A stretch of DNA of 64,000 nt, taken from contig CAZTVK010000015.1 of assembly GCA_964617195.1 (NCBI GenBank), positions 2,317 through 66,316 on the forward strand, given 5' to 3'. How positions within the stretch are numbered: position 1 is the stretch's first letter; every line of letters begins with the position of its first letter. The translations under genes and the position numbers were made by a program. Source of the stretch: an uncultured Methanosarcinales archaeon (lineage in GTDB: Archaea > Nanobdellota > Nanobdellia > Woesearchaeales > ARS49). Below are positions 10,314-19,723 of the stretch, piece after piece. The notes below the pieces were generated by a model, which searched no databases, had not been told where the DNA came from, and saw only the letters and a list, made by a program, of their open reading frames with translations.

Positions 10314-10814
10314 TTAAGAAATCCTGAACTGTTCTTCCAAATGCGCATACTCGCCCTCTGAGCCGTCCGGAGAATACCTTTTAGTCGTTTCCTTTCTTCT
10401 ATTCAACAAATAATCTTCAACAATCTCTACAGCCTTCTTCACGCCGCCCTTGAACGACACCTGCTTGTGCACGCCCAAAGTGATACTTGCAATGTAATCT
10501 TTTGGGGTGCAATCTTTACCAGAATACCTTAGCGTTAAAATCGCCTTTTTATTATTGTTAATATTAGTCATAACAACAACAATGCCATCCGGATGAGGTG
10601 TTTCTTCTGCAATACATTCCAAAGAATCCGACCTGTCCAGAACATTCACAAAAGACTCAATACTCATACTTGAACGATCATCTCCCCCAAAACGAGGCAT
10701 TACAACCTGCTTAGGTTTGATAAGCTGACCTCTCACGTACTGAGCTTCAGCTAATACTAATTCATACGTAGAACGGTCCAAATTAGGTAAATACGGCTTT
10801 GACTGCATCTTCAC
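10314..10814 (-). CDS. Hypothetical protein, probably co-transcribed with the RlmN-like radical SAM gene
   Basis: 166-aa ORF abutting the stop of the upstream radical SAM gene. No recognised motif. Confidence 0.5.
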   Translation of the reverse strand: MKMQSKPYLPNLDRSTYELVLAEAQYVRGQLIKPKQVVMPRFGGDDRSSMSIESFVNVLDRSDSLECIAEETPHPDGIVVVMTNINNNKKAILTLRYSGKDCTPKDYIASITLGVHKQVSFKGGVKKAVEIVEDYLLNRRKETTKRYSPDGSEGEYAHLEEQFRIS

Positions 10815-11666
10815 TCACTCAGAAATCTGTACAAGCTTCTCATTTAAATTCTTTTTGGTGCTAAGCATGCCACAAGCAGCATTCGACTCAATACCCTTAG
10901 TAGTCCTAATAATAGTCTTAAAACCAGCACTGATTAAAGCCTGCTTGAAAACTTCAGCAGACTCTTTTGACGGCCTTGCAAAAGTCGCGCCATCAACCGG
11001 ATTGTACATTATAAGATTAATAACGATATGTTTGAAACCTTTCAATAAAACAGCCAATTCTTCAGCATGCTCAATCTTATCATTCACGCCTGCTAATAAC
11101 ACATACTCAACCATCAACGGACCACGTTTCGTGAAAGGAAACTCCCTGCAAGCGTCAAGCACATCCTTAATCGGATAACGACTATTAATAGGAACAATCC
11201 TGCTTCTCAACTCATCATTCGGAGCATGCAACGACAATGCAAACTGACACTGAGTGTCTTTGCCCAATTGCATAATCTTATCCGGCAGTCCAACAGTAGA
11301 GACAGTGATTTTCTGCCAACTCATACCCTGCTTTCTGAACTCATTAACAGCACCAACAACATTATCATAATTGTGCAACGGCTCGCCCATGCCCATGAAC
11401 ACAATATTAGTGATTTTTTGTTCTGAAACAGACTGCATCAAAGATAACTGTCCAACAATTTCTTCTTTTGACAAATTTCTTGTGAAACCCATCATTCCAG
11501 TCGCGCAAAAAGAACACTTCATAGCGCAACCAACTTGCGACGATATGCACGCGCACAAAGTACGCTTGTGATGAATTAATACAGACTCCACTTTTTTGGC
11601 GTCATCTAATTCAATCAAGAATTTTCTTGTGCCGTCCGGAGATTTGATTTCTGAAGCGATACGCAT
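10815..11666 (-). CDS. Radical SAM enzyme of the RlmN/Cfr family (short form lacking an N-terminal extension)
   Basis: CAMKCSFCATG (Cx3Cx2C), GMGEP motif and conserved C-terminal Cys (ACGML), as in RlmN/Cfr. Confidence 0.75.
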   Translation of the reverse strand: MRIASEIKSPDGTRKFLIELDDAKKVESVLIHHKRTLCACISSQVGCAMKCSFCATGMMGFTRNLSKEEIVGQLSLMQSVSEQKITNIVFMGMGEPLHNYDNVVGAVNEFRKQGMSWQKITVSTVGLPDKIMQLGKDTQCQFALSLHAPNDELRSRIVPINSRYPIKDVLDACREFPFTKRGPLMVEYVLLAGVNDKIEHAEELAVLLKGFKHIVINLIMYNPVDGATFARPSKESAEVFKQALISAGFKTIIRTTKGIESNAACGMLSTKKNLNEKLVQISE

Positions 11667-11687
11667 GATATAGACGGCAGAACAGGA

Positions 11688-13100
11688 CTATATATTTTTT
11701 TGCAATTCACCGACGGCAACCGCATACCCAGCAGCATACGGACCCATCATCGCGGCCTGAGAAGAAACAGCCTCCAAAGTCTTCTGAGCCATTTTCACAT
11801 ATTTGCCTTCACGCGTAATATGCGCCAGCTGGAACAAAACCAAAGCCACAAAAGCATTATCATTCACAATCTTTTTACGTTCTTTCAACCTGCCAACAGA
11901 ATCCTTACTGGCAAGAACATCAAAAAAGCCTCCATTCTTCTTGTCATAAAACCTTTCCAACGCCTTCGCAACAGTCATCGCCTTGGCCTTCCACTCCAAT
12001 TTATCAGTCCTCTTGAAAGCCCAAAGCAAGCCCAACAACAAATAAGCATGATCCTTAAACAAAAACAACGGCTTCTCAGCAGGATAACAATGCGCTACAC
12101 AACCACGCATATTCGTTTTGTACAAAGAATCAAGGAGCTTAAATGCGACTTTATCATACTCAGGATCAAGAATGGCGGCTTCTGACAACGCCATAATCAT
12201 CGCAGCATTACAATCAGTAAAAATTCTCCTATCAACCGCAGGAGCTTCATGACGCATCCGCTCGGACAACGGCAGATTGCAATAAGCCTCATCAGCATCC
12301 TGGCTCGCAAAGAAAACGCCTTTCTCATGGTCATACATCATCGAAAACAGCCAGAACAAAATCTTATTTGAAGCCGTCAAGTACTCTTCCTTCTTGAACA
12401 CCCTGTGAGCAAACAAATAATATGCTAACAATCTGGAATTATCCTCCAGCATTTTCTCAAAATGAGGAATAGTCCAGTTCTGCAAAGTAGCATACCTATA
12501 GAAACCACCGCTCACATGATCGAAAATCTCGCCCTTCAACATCTTTGAAAGCGTGAAATCAAGCATCTTGGCAGCATCCTTGTCCTTCAACTTCATAATA
12601 CGCCAGACAAGATAACCAAGAATCTCATGATGAGGGAATTTAGGCTCCAAACCAAAACCGCCATTAATTGGGTCGTAGAACGACTTAATCATCTTCCAGA
12701 AATACTCATGATCAAAAGGCAGCTTCAACGGCTTTTCCTTCCCTGCTTTCTTCGGCTTATACTTCTTGAAACGACCAATCGCGTCCTCCAAAAATTTAAT
12801 CATATGCTCAGGAGAAACATAAGTAGCAGCAGAGACTATTTCTCCATCGTGCGCTAGAACAGCAGTGGTAGGCCAGCCGCCAACATTATACCTGTCATTA
12901 ATATCAGGACGCTCGTCAGTATCAACCCTTATCGGAATGAAATTTTTGTTGATGAACTCAATAATTTCTTTATTAGAATACGTCAAACGGTCCATCGTAT
13001 GACACCAATGACACCATACTGCAGAAATTCCGAGCAAGACTGGCTTCTTCTCCTTCTTAGCCTTCAGAAATGCTTCTTTACCCCAGTCAAACCAGTTCAT
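11688..13100 (-). CDS. Thioredoxin-domain protein of the DUF255/YyaL family
   Basis: N-terminal thioredoxin-like motif WCHWCH followed by a helical six-hairpin-like domain. Confidence 0.7.
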   Translation of the reverse strand: MNWFDWGKEAFLKAKKEKKPVLLGISAVWCHWCHTMDRLTYSNKEIIEFINKNFIPIRVDTDERPDINDRYNVGGWPTTAVLAHDGEIVSAATYVSPEHMIKFLEDAIGRFKKYKPKKAGKEKPLKLPFDHEYFWKMIKSFYDPINGGFGLEPKFPHHEILGYLVWRIMKLKDKDAAKMLDFTLSKMLKGEIFDHVSGGFYRYATLQNWTIPHFEKMLEDNSRLLAYYLFAHRVFKKEEYLTASNKILFWLFSMMYDHEKGVFFASQDADEAYCNLPLSERMRHEAPAVDRRIFTDCNAAMIMALSEAAILDPEYDKVAFKLLDSLYKTNMRGCVAHCYPAEKPLFLFKDHAYLLLGLLWAFKRTDKLEWKAKAMTVAKALERFYDKKNGGFFDVLASKDSVGRLKERKKIVNDNAFVALVLFQLAHITREGKYVKMAQKTLEAVSSQAAMMGPYAAGYAVAVGELQKNI

Positions 13101-13164
13101 ATTGCTCCTCTTTCAGTCGAATATTAGACACGCCCATATAAAAACTTGCTCACACCGAAAGGTT

Positions 13165-13207
13165 TAAATATTAACATATATTAACAACTGTTAATAGATA
13201 TTAACAG
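13165..13207. promoter_or_regulatory. Repeat operator (3 direct + 1 inverted ATATTAACA) upstream of the antitoxin gene
   Basis: atattaaca at ~13168, 13178 and 13198, and inverted tgttaatag at 13189. The block lies immediately 5' of the 13216 start. Confidence 0.5.
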
Positions 13208-13215
13208 GTGAGACA

Positions 13216-13458
13216 ATGAAAGCATTACTAGATATCCCGCAAGAAGTAAACCAGACACTTAATATTATCAAAGCACAGCATAATTTGAAGAATAAAGTTG
13301 AAGCGATAACACTTGTCGTGACTATTTACAAAAACGAACACATGGAGCCGGAATTAAGGCCTGAATATATCAAAAAATTGAGCAAATTAGAGAAAGAAGG
13401 CAAATTTATCAGCTTTAAGAATATCAAGGAACTACGCGAGCATATAGAGCATGCGTAA
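13216..13458 (+). CDS. Putative antitoxin of a RelE/ParE-type toxin-antitoxin pair
   Basis: 80-aa ORF overlapping the downstream toxin gene by 8 nt. Preceded by the repeat operator. Confidence 0.55.
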   Translation: MKALLDIPQEVNQTLNIIKAQHNLKNKVEAITLVVTIYKNEHMEPELRPEYIKKLSKLEKEGKFISFKNIKELREHIEHA

Positions 13459-13729
13459 TTTTTCTTTTGAAGAGAAACTTCTGAAAATAATGAATAGACT
13501 ATACAAAAAAGATAGAAAAACGCATGAAATATTAATCAACAAAATCCAAGAAATTCTCACATGCCTCGATATCGACCATTATAAAAATCTACGAAGCCCG
13601 ATGCAAGCTTTCAAAAGGGTACACATCAATGGACCATTTGTGTTGGTCTTCAAATATATAGAATCAGAAGACAAAATAGTATTCTATGATTTTGACCACC
13701 ACGACAATATTTATTCGCTCTCAGGCTAA
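13451..13729 (+). CDS. RelE/ParE-family toxin
   Basis: 92 aa. The C-terminal pattern KRVHINGPFVLVFKYIESEDKIVFYDFDHHDNIY resembles RelE/ParE/YafQ toxins. Confidence 0.6.
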   Translation: MRNFSFEEKLLKIMNRLYKKDRKTHEILINKIQEILTCLDIDHYKNLRSPMQAFKRVHINGPFVLVFKYIESEDKIVFYDFDHHDNIYSLSG

Positions 13730-14850
13730 TCTTTCCATAAAAACTTGTCCAACTTGCTTCTAGCCTTCTCACGCTCTTTCTGATGATGTGATAAAAATGC
13801 CTTCACCTTCTCAATGGCAATATCCTTCAACTCAGAAGTCAACAATTTACCAGACTTATAATCATCATAAATCTTTGCCAGCTTCTTATCATCAGGCTCC
13901 AAACCATAACGCAACATCTGGAAAGCAACATCAACATCAGGATTACCGCCCTTCTTCCGATGCTCCTCAACAGTCGGCTGGCCGCCAGAGAAAGCAAATT
14001 TCCTGATTTTACGCTCTGCATCATCAGGAGAATCAGTCAAAGCGATAAAAGACATCGGATCAGAACTAGACATCTTGCCACCCTTCAAGCCAGGCTGAAA
14101 CAAATGATAAGTAGAACTCAACTGCATAAACTTGAAAACTTCAGTCCTCTGCGAAACATCCCTTGCGAGACGCAAATGCGGATCCTGATCAGGACCAACA
14201 GGAACAACAACCGGCAAAGGCCTGCCCTCAAACTCAGGAAGTTGCGGGTGAAGCATATCAGCCGCCTGCAACAAAGAAGCAGACATCTTACCAGGAGAAA
14301 TCTCGCCATACACCGCCTTGAACTCATTAAAAGTCGCACTGCGCGCAAGCATACTCGCAAGACTGTAATACGCATTTGACTTCTTCCCATCTTTAGAACG
14401 CTTTGACTGGAAATAAAAATCGCAATTCTTAGGCTCCAAACCCAACGCGACATAATTCAGCAAGTATTCCTCAACCGCAGTCTCGTGCAATTCAGCCATA
14501 TTAGGAATACGAGTGTTATACGCTTCAATATCAGCAACAGTAATGTACAATTTCGCGCCAAGACCCTGATAAAACAACATCTGGTCAGCAACCATCTTAT
14601 GCCCAAAATGAAACTTGCCAGAAGGCATCAAGCCAGTCATCATCACAAAAGGCTTCTTCTTCTCAACAGCATCAACAATACGCTCGAAATCACGATGAGC
14701 AAAAATAATATTTCTCCTAAAAAGCAAATGATTAAACTGCTTCGGCAAAGAAGGCATCGGCTTCAAGCCAAACTCCTTGATCAACCTATCATAATCAAGA
14801 GCTCCCTTTACTTCCCAAGGCGTAATCACCAATTTTTCAGCCATACACAC
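13726..14850 (-). CDS. trpS: Tryptophanyl-tRNA synthetase (archaeal/eukaryotic type)
   Basis: Class I aaRS motifs: PSGKFHFGH (HIGH-like), KMSSS (KMSKS), DQDPHLRLARDV. Confidence 0.85.
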   Translation of the reverse strand: MCMAEKLVITPWEVKGALDYDRLIKEFGLKPMPSLPKQFNHLLFRRNIIFAHRDFERIVDAVEKKKPFVMMTGLMPSGKFHFGHKMVADQMLFYQGLGAKLYITVADIEAYNTRIPNMAELHETAVEEYLLNYVALGLEPKNCDFYFQSKRSKDGKKSNAYYSLASMLARSATFNEFKAVYGEISPGKMSASLLQAADMLHPQLPEFEGRPLPVVVPVGPDQDPHLRLARDVSQRTEVFKFMQLSSTYHLFQPGLKGGKMSSSDPMSFIALTDSPDDAERKIRKFAFSGGQPTVEEHRKKGGNPDVDVAFQMLRYGLEPDDKKLAKIYDDYKSGKLLTSELKDIAIEKVKAFLSHHQKEREKARSKLDKFLWKD

Positions 14851-14894
14851 AAGATAAGAAGGAGAGTTTTAAAATGTTACTGTGAGCGCAAGTT

Positions 14895-15635
14895 TCACTT
14901 ATCCAAAGAAAACTCAGACTTAATCAAACCGAGAAACTCACTACGCATAGATTCAGACCAGTCAGCAGGCATCACAACAGCCACACCATCGACCAACAAC
15001 TCACGATAATTATTAACAGCTCCCACAACATCATTCACCAGCGCTTTATTCTCGTTCAACACATCAGAATGATTCTTTTTCAACTCTGCCAAGCTCTGAA
15101 CCTTTCTGATATATTCATGCGCGTGATGGAAAACGTCCTCACGAACAGAAGAATAACCATGCATGTGAGGCTTCAAATGACTAATATTATTGCTTAACGA
15201 CTTTGCAAAACCACCATCACCATCATGGCCAACCAAATCAGACTTTATCGATTTCAAGGCATCCACAACATTCTTGCCTACCTTGCTTTCTACAGGATGA
15301 GGCAGTTTTTCACCTGCAGCATTTCGAAACGCGCTTTCATACCTATACGGAATCCGCTTCAACAAACCAGCATCATCAACAATTTCCTTTGCGACAGCCT
15401 GCATGCTCTCCAAAGCAGCATGCGCCTTCAATGCGCTCTTATGCTTTGCCGCAACACCAGAATGATGAATCAAAATGTGCTTGTACTGTGAAACATTTTG
15501 CAGAAAAGAACTGGCAAAATCAGCATAATCCTGATGATGCGAAAAAGAGCCAGCTGAGACTCTAGAATCCTTCAACTTGTCAAAGAATCTTTTAGCTTCT
15601 TTTTCACTACCCACAACCTCTTTATAATCTACCAC
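14895..15635 (-). CDS. Hypothetical protein (His-rich)
   Basis: 246-aa ORF. No confident domain call. Confidence 0.45.
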   Translation of the reverse strand: MVDYKEVVGSEKEAKRFFDKLKDSRVSAGSFSHHQDYADFASSFLQNVSQYKHILIHHSGVAAKHKSALKAHAALESMQAVAKEIVDDAGLLKRIPYRYESAFRNAAGEKLPHPVESKVGKNVVDALKSIKSDLVGHDGDGGFAKSLSNNISHLKPHMHGYSSVREDVFHHAHEYIRKVQSLAELKKNHSDVLNENKALVNDVVGAVNNYRELLVDGVAVVMPADWSESMRSEFLGLIKSEFSLDK

Positions 15636-15679
15636 GGAAAGAATAAATCATTACACAGTTTATAAACATTACGAAGAGC

Positions 15680-16354
15680 TCATTCCCACTTATCCAAGAA
15701 AATGTGCTCTTTCAGCTGGCCAAGATCGATTAACTTCTCCTCAACATTCTCCACCAGTGCTGGCGGACCGCAGATGTAAACTTGATAACCTTTCTTGAAA
15801 TACTTCTGCAAGAAATTCTGCACTCTTCCACGCTCACCATCCCACTGAGGAAAACCATCAACAGTAATCGTCGGAACAAGCTTGAACTTGCCTTTCAAGC
15901 TTTCAAACTCTTTTCTATAGATAAAGTCAGAAGGAGTTTTCATGCTGTAGATTAGAAGAACTTCCTTTCCTTCAGCCAAAGCCTGATGAATCATCGGCCT
16001 GAACGGAGCTATGCCAGTTCCACCTGCAATGAAAAGATATTTTTGCGCAGGCCTCAGCCAAAACATTCCATAAGGGCCATCAATATGCACAACACTACCA
16101 GGCTTCAAGTCCTGCAAGTGAGCGCTCAAACCCTGACCACGAGCAACACACAGTTCAACATAATCTTCGCCAGACATTGAAGCAATCGAGAAAGCCCTTC
16201 TCAAAGGCTTGTTGTTCTCGCCAATAAAATCATCACACCATACACCAGCCCACTGGCCGGGGCGGAAAGCGATTTTTTGCGGCAATGACAATCTCACAAG
16301 ACGAACTTTCGGAGTCTCCTGAACAACCTCTTTTACCGTCGCATCGACTTTCAT
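15680..16354 (-). CDS. FAD/NAD(P)-binding oxidoreductase (ferredoxin-NADP reductase-like, PyrK-type)
   Basis: RAFSIAS FAD motif and GGTGIAP NAD(P) motif. Start reassigned to the internal Met (MKVDATVKEV), which has a TATA ~25 bp upstream. Confidence 0.75.
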   Translation of the reverse strand: MKVDATVKEVVQETPKVRLVRLSLPQKIAFRPGQWAGVWCDDFIGENNKPLRRAFSIASMSGEDYVELCVARGQGLSAHLQDLKPGSVVHIDGPYGMFWLRPAQKYLFIAGGTGIAPFRPMIHQALAEGKEVLLIYSMKTPSDFIYRKEFESLKGKFKLVPTITVDGFPQWDGERGRVQNFLQKYFKKGYQVYICGPPALVENVEEKLIDLGQLKEHIFLDKWE

Positions 16355-16390
16355 AATATTTATTAACGCAGAACAGCATATAAAAGGTTT

Positions 16391-16756
16391 ATGATGAAAA
16401 AAACGCTTATCATTCTGCTCATACTCGCCAGCTGCGCTCCTGCCCAAAACGGATTTCTCGAAGGAAGCGCTGACATCGGACCAATCTGTCCAGTCGAAAG
16501 ACCAGACCAGCCCTGCAAAGTCCCGCCAGAAGCGTACGAAGCACGCAAAATAATGGTTTACAACGGCAAAAAACTAGTCAAACAAATAGACATTGACAAC
16601 ACAGGGCACTATAAAACAGAACTAAAACCAGGAACGTACACAATCGACATCAACCGAGCAGGCATGGATTTCAGCAAAGAACTGCCAGCAAGCATCACAA
16701 TAGAACCGGACAAAACAACAACACTCGACATCAGCATAGACACAGGAATAAGATGA
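16391..16756 (+). CDS. Small secreted lipoprotein-like protein
   Basis: Signal peptide with lipobox LILASC. Overlaps the msrA start. Confidence 0.55.
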   Translation: MMKKTLIILLILASCAPAQNGFLEGSADIGPICPVERPDQPCKVPPEAYEARKIMVYNGKKLVKQIDIDNTGHYKTELKPGTYTIDINRAGMDFSKELPASITIEPDKTTTLDISIDTGIR

Positions 16757-17220
16757 CAGAACTAGCAACATTCGGAGCAGGATGCTTCTGGCACGTAGAA
16801 GAAGCATTCAGAGAAATAAAAGGCGTACTCAAAACAGAAGTCGGCTATTCCGGCGGAAAAATGAAAAATCCAACATACGAAGACATATGCACAGATGAGA
16901 CTGGTCATGCAGAAGTCGTACAGCTTGAATTTGACCCGAAGGTTGTGCCGTATGAAAAATTACTTGAAGTCTTCTGGACCATACACGACCCGACACAAAA
17001 AAACAAGCAAGGACCTGACGTCGGCACACAATACAGAAGCGCCATATTTTACCATTCTGAAGAACAAAAGAAAATTGCAGAAAAATCGTTGAAAGAAGAA
17101 CAAAAACATCACAAAGAAAAAATTGCGACAGAAATCACCAAAGCAAACACGTTCTACCGCGCAGAAGAATACCACCAGAAGTATCTGATGAAAAAAGGAT
17201 CAAAGACGTGCGGGATTTAG
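16753..17220 (+). CDS. msrA: Peptide methionine sulfoxide reductase MsrA
   Basis: GCFWH active-site region and other conserved MsrA blocks. Confidence 0.9.
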   Translation: MTELATFGAGCFWHVEEAFREIKGVLKTEVGYSGGKMKNPTYEDICTDETGHAEVVQLEFDPKVVPYEKLLEVFWTIHDPTQKNKQGPDVGTQYRSAIFYHSEEQKKIAEKSLKEEQKHHKEKIATEITKANTFYRAEEYHQKYLMKKGSKTCGI

Positions 17221-17504
17221 TTCATTGTGTGGTCTAATTTCTTTGTAACTAGAAAAGCCAAATCATAGTTGCCTTTGGGAGTTACAACAACACCAGTAAA
17301 CTGCTGACCGCTAAAACAACCAAGCAGACCGCTCTTGCCGTCAGTCTTAATGACTGCTGCGTAATCAGGCCTGACAATCTTTTTCTGCTTCTGCTTCCCA
17401 ATATACATCTCAATAGCCACTTCAACAAGATGCAACCGCTCCTCAAGAGGAATTTGCACTGGCGCCAATAAGAATGCATAATCCCAACCATCAGTATCGT
17501 ACAT
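17217..17504 (-). CDS. Hypothetical protein
   Basis: ORF with a TATA (tatatat) ~26 bp upstream of the ATG at 17504. Likely leaderless. Confidence 0.45.
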   Translation of the reverse strand: MYDTDGWDYAFLLAPVQIPLEERLHLVEVAIEMYIGKQKQKKIVRPDYAAVIKTDGKSGLLGCFSGQQFTGVVVTPKGNYDLAFLVTKKLDHTMN

Positions 17505-17546
17505 TGTTATCGACGACAAAAAGAGGGATATATAAGCTTTTAGAAA

Positions 17547-18659
17547 CTATTTACAAGTCGTGCACTTCGCTCTCACACGTTCCTTCGCAATCTTCTCAGC
17601 AGCAACACGCGGAATGACCTTGTCTTTCTTCGAACGCTCAAGAACTAATTGGGTGTTCTTCGTAATCTTTTCCTCGACCAGCTTGAACATCTTCGCCTCA
17701 GTGCCGCCGATGTACTCCATGTAACTGGAAATAACTCCTCCGGCGTTCGCGACAAAGTCAGGAATAACTAGAACGCCTTTCTTCGCCAAAGCTTCCTCAG
17801 CTTCAACACTAGTCGCGATGTTACTGCCCTCGACAATCAGCTTTGCTTTAATCTTCGGCACATCAGAAACACCAAACAAATCAGGAATAGCCGCGGTAAC
17901 GAAAACATCAACATCCTGAAAACAAATATCCTTGTTCGACAAAACCTTGCCGCCATACGCAGTAACACTGCCCTTACTCTTCTTCACGTCATACAATTTC
18001 TTAACATCAATACCCTTGGGAACAACCAACGTCCCCTTGCTGTCAGAAATTGCCACGAGCTTCGCGCCTGCATCAGACATAAACTTGCAGACAAACTCGC
18101 CAACATTACCATAACCCTCAACAGCATACGTAACTTTCTTGATATCTCTACCCATATGCTTGAGAGCGACCTTTATCGCGTGGAAAACACCAAAACCAGT
18201 GCTGCCAAGCTCATGAGGCAAACCACCAAGCTTCTTAGGCTTGCCAGTGCACGCCTTCATATCACCATTCGCCTTCGCGAACGTCTCCATATCGTGCTCT
18301 GCCATACTAATATCAGGACCCGCAACATAAATTGATGGCACGACACTCTTCAACAATTTTGAAAACGCGGCAACCCACTCATCCTTCAACTCCGGAGTCA
18401 TCTTATGCGGCTCGCCAATAATTCCAGCCTTAGCGCCACCGAAAGGCAAGTCCGCCATGGCATTCTTCCAAGTCATAGTTCTCGCCAACCTGAAAACTTC
18501 CTCTTTGTCAACAGTCGGCGTAAAACGAATTCCGCCCTTTCCAGGGCCGAGCGCAGTGTTATCAATAACCAGCACGCCGCGCATTCCCAGTTTTGGATGA
18601 TAAACCTCAATAATTCTTTCCGGACCAAAATCATCAAACATCTTATCCATAACAAACAC
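17547..18659 (-). CDS. gdhA: Glutamate dehydrogenase family (Glu/Leu/Phe/Val dehydrogenase)
   Basis: LGPGKGGIRF catalytic-lysine motif. Rossmann GYGNVG. Confidence 0.85.
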   Translation of the reverse strand: MFVMDKMFDDFGPERIIEVYHPKLGMRGVLVIDNTALGPGKGGIRFTPTVDKEEVFRLARTMTWKNAMADLPFGGAKAGIIGEPHKMTPELKDEWVAAFSKLLKSVVPSIYVAGPDISMAEHDMETFAKANGDMKACTGKPKKLGGLPHELGSTGFGVFHAIKVALKHMGRDIKKVTYAVEGYGNVGEFVCKFMSDAGAKLVAISDSKGTLVVPKGIDVKKLYDVKKSKGSVTAYGGKVLSNKDICFQDVDVFVTAAIPDLFGVSDVPKIKAKLIVEGSNIATSVEAEEALAKKGVLVIPDFVANAGGVISSYMEYIGGTEAKMFKLVEEKITKNTQLVLERSKKDKVIPRVAAEKIAKERVRAKCTTCK

Positions 18660-18660
18660 C

Positions 18661-18951
18661 TCAAATTATTCTTTCATTAGTATCATTATCATAAATATGA
18701 ATGACTTGCACAGGACAGACTTCGGCAGCTTCCTTGTTAACAGCCAACACGTTCTTGCCCTCCTTTGACAACTGACTTTCCTTTACAATCAATACTTGCA
18801 TTCCGTTCTCGTCAACTTTATGGCCGATCAAGTCTGCCTTGCCATCATCCTTCATCACCCAAAAATCAGGAGAGACAGCAGCACAAGCCGCAGCGCCAAT
18901 GCAGTTCTTCCTGTCAAATACAATCTTATAAGTCTTCTCCTTCTTTTCCAT
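18661..18951 (-). CDS. Ferredoxin (single-cluster, Pyrococcus type)
   Basis: CIGAAACAAV...CPV cysteine pattern in a 96-aa protein. Confidence 0.7.
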   Translation of the reverse strand: MEKKEKTYKIVFDRKNCIGAAACAAVSPDFWVMKDDGKADLIGHKVDENGMQVLIVKESQLSKEGKNVLAVNKEAAEVCPVQVIHIYDNDTNERII

Positions 18952-18974
18952 AGAAAAAACGGCGTCTGGGACAA

Positions 18975-19403
18975 TTATAAATCTTTCTCTTGGAACAACT
19001 CATCAACATCCAAGATAGGCTTCCTGTTCTCATAGCCAGAATCACAGTCGTGCCAATAACGAATCTTGTCCTCGCCCAACTGCCAGCACAAGAACGCATC
19101 CTGACCATTCAACATGAAAGGAAAATCAATCAATCCATCATCAATATCTTTGACAATCACTCCCATCGAGCTCAATACATCAATCACCCTATAAAACTGG
19201 TAATACAAACGGTGAAACTCCTTGTTAGCCTTGACCTGCTCAGTCATGAAGAAATGAAAGCCTTCATCGCTGCTGACTTCCAAAACAACATCATTAGTCT
19301 CAAGAATCCAAGCAATCCTGTCGCGCAATTTCTGCGCCTTCTTCAACAAACGCTCCACCTTAGGCAAACACTTCTCGGCCTGCTCGATGGTGAAATAATT
19401 CAT
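18975..19403 (-). CDS. Hypothetical protein
   Basis: 142-aa ORF overlapping the rhodanese gene stop by 4 nt. Confidence 0.45.
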   Translation of the reverse strand: MNYFTIEQAEKCLPKVERLLKKAQKLRDRIAWILETNDVVLEVSSDEGFHFFMTEQVKANKEFHRLYYQFYRVIDVLSSMGVIVKDIDDGLIDFPFMLNGQDAFLCWQLGEDKIRYWHDCDSGYENRKPILDVDELFQEKDL

Positions 19404-19723
19404 CCAGATTCCACCGGAAAGCCCGCTTCACTCCACTCGGCAATCCCGCCTGCAAAATCAAAAACCTTGAAACCAAAAGAAGACAATTTCTCAGCAGCAT
19501 ACCCTGATAATGAACATGTAGAACTTGTGCAATACACTACAACAGGCTTTGACTTGTCCAACGTCTTCACCTCTCTGTCAATCACATCAGTCGGTAAACT
19601 CTTTGCCCCTTTTATATGTTTCTCTAAATAAGCAGCGTAATTGCGCACATCAAACAACACAACATCACCTTTCTCCAACATCTTCCTCAATTCCTCTTTT
19701 GCAATTTTTCTATACTTAAGCAT
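19400..19723 (-). CDS. Rhodanese-domain sulfurtransferase
   Basis: 107 aa. Rhodanese fold with a Cys-containing loop VVYCTSSTC. Confidence 0.7.
   Translation of the reverse strand: MLKYRKIAKEELRKMLEKGDVVLFDVRNYAAYLEKHIKGAKSLPTDVIDREVKTLDKSKPVVVYCTSSTCSLSGYAAEKLSSFGFKVFDFAGGIAEWSEAGFPVESG

Noticed and set aside
14118-14453. ORFs antisense to trpS (13839-14024, 13960-14379, 14118-14453)
   Set aside because: Embedded in the TrpRS gene on the opposite strand. Arg/Leu-rich artefacts.
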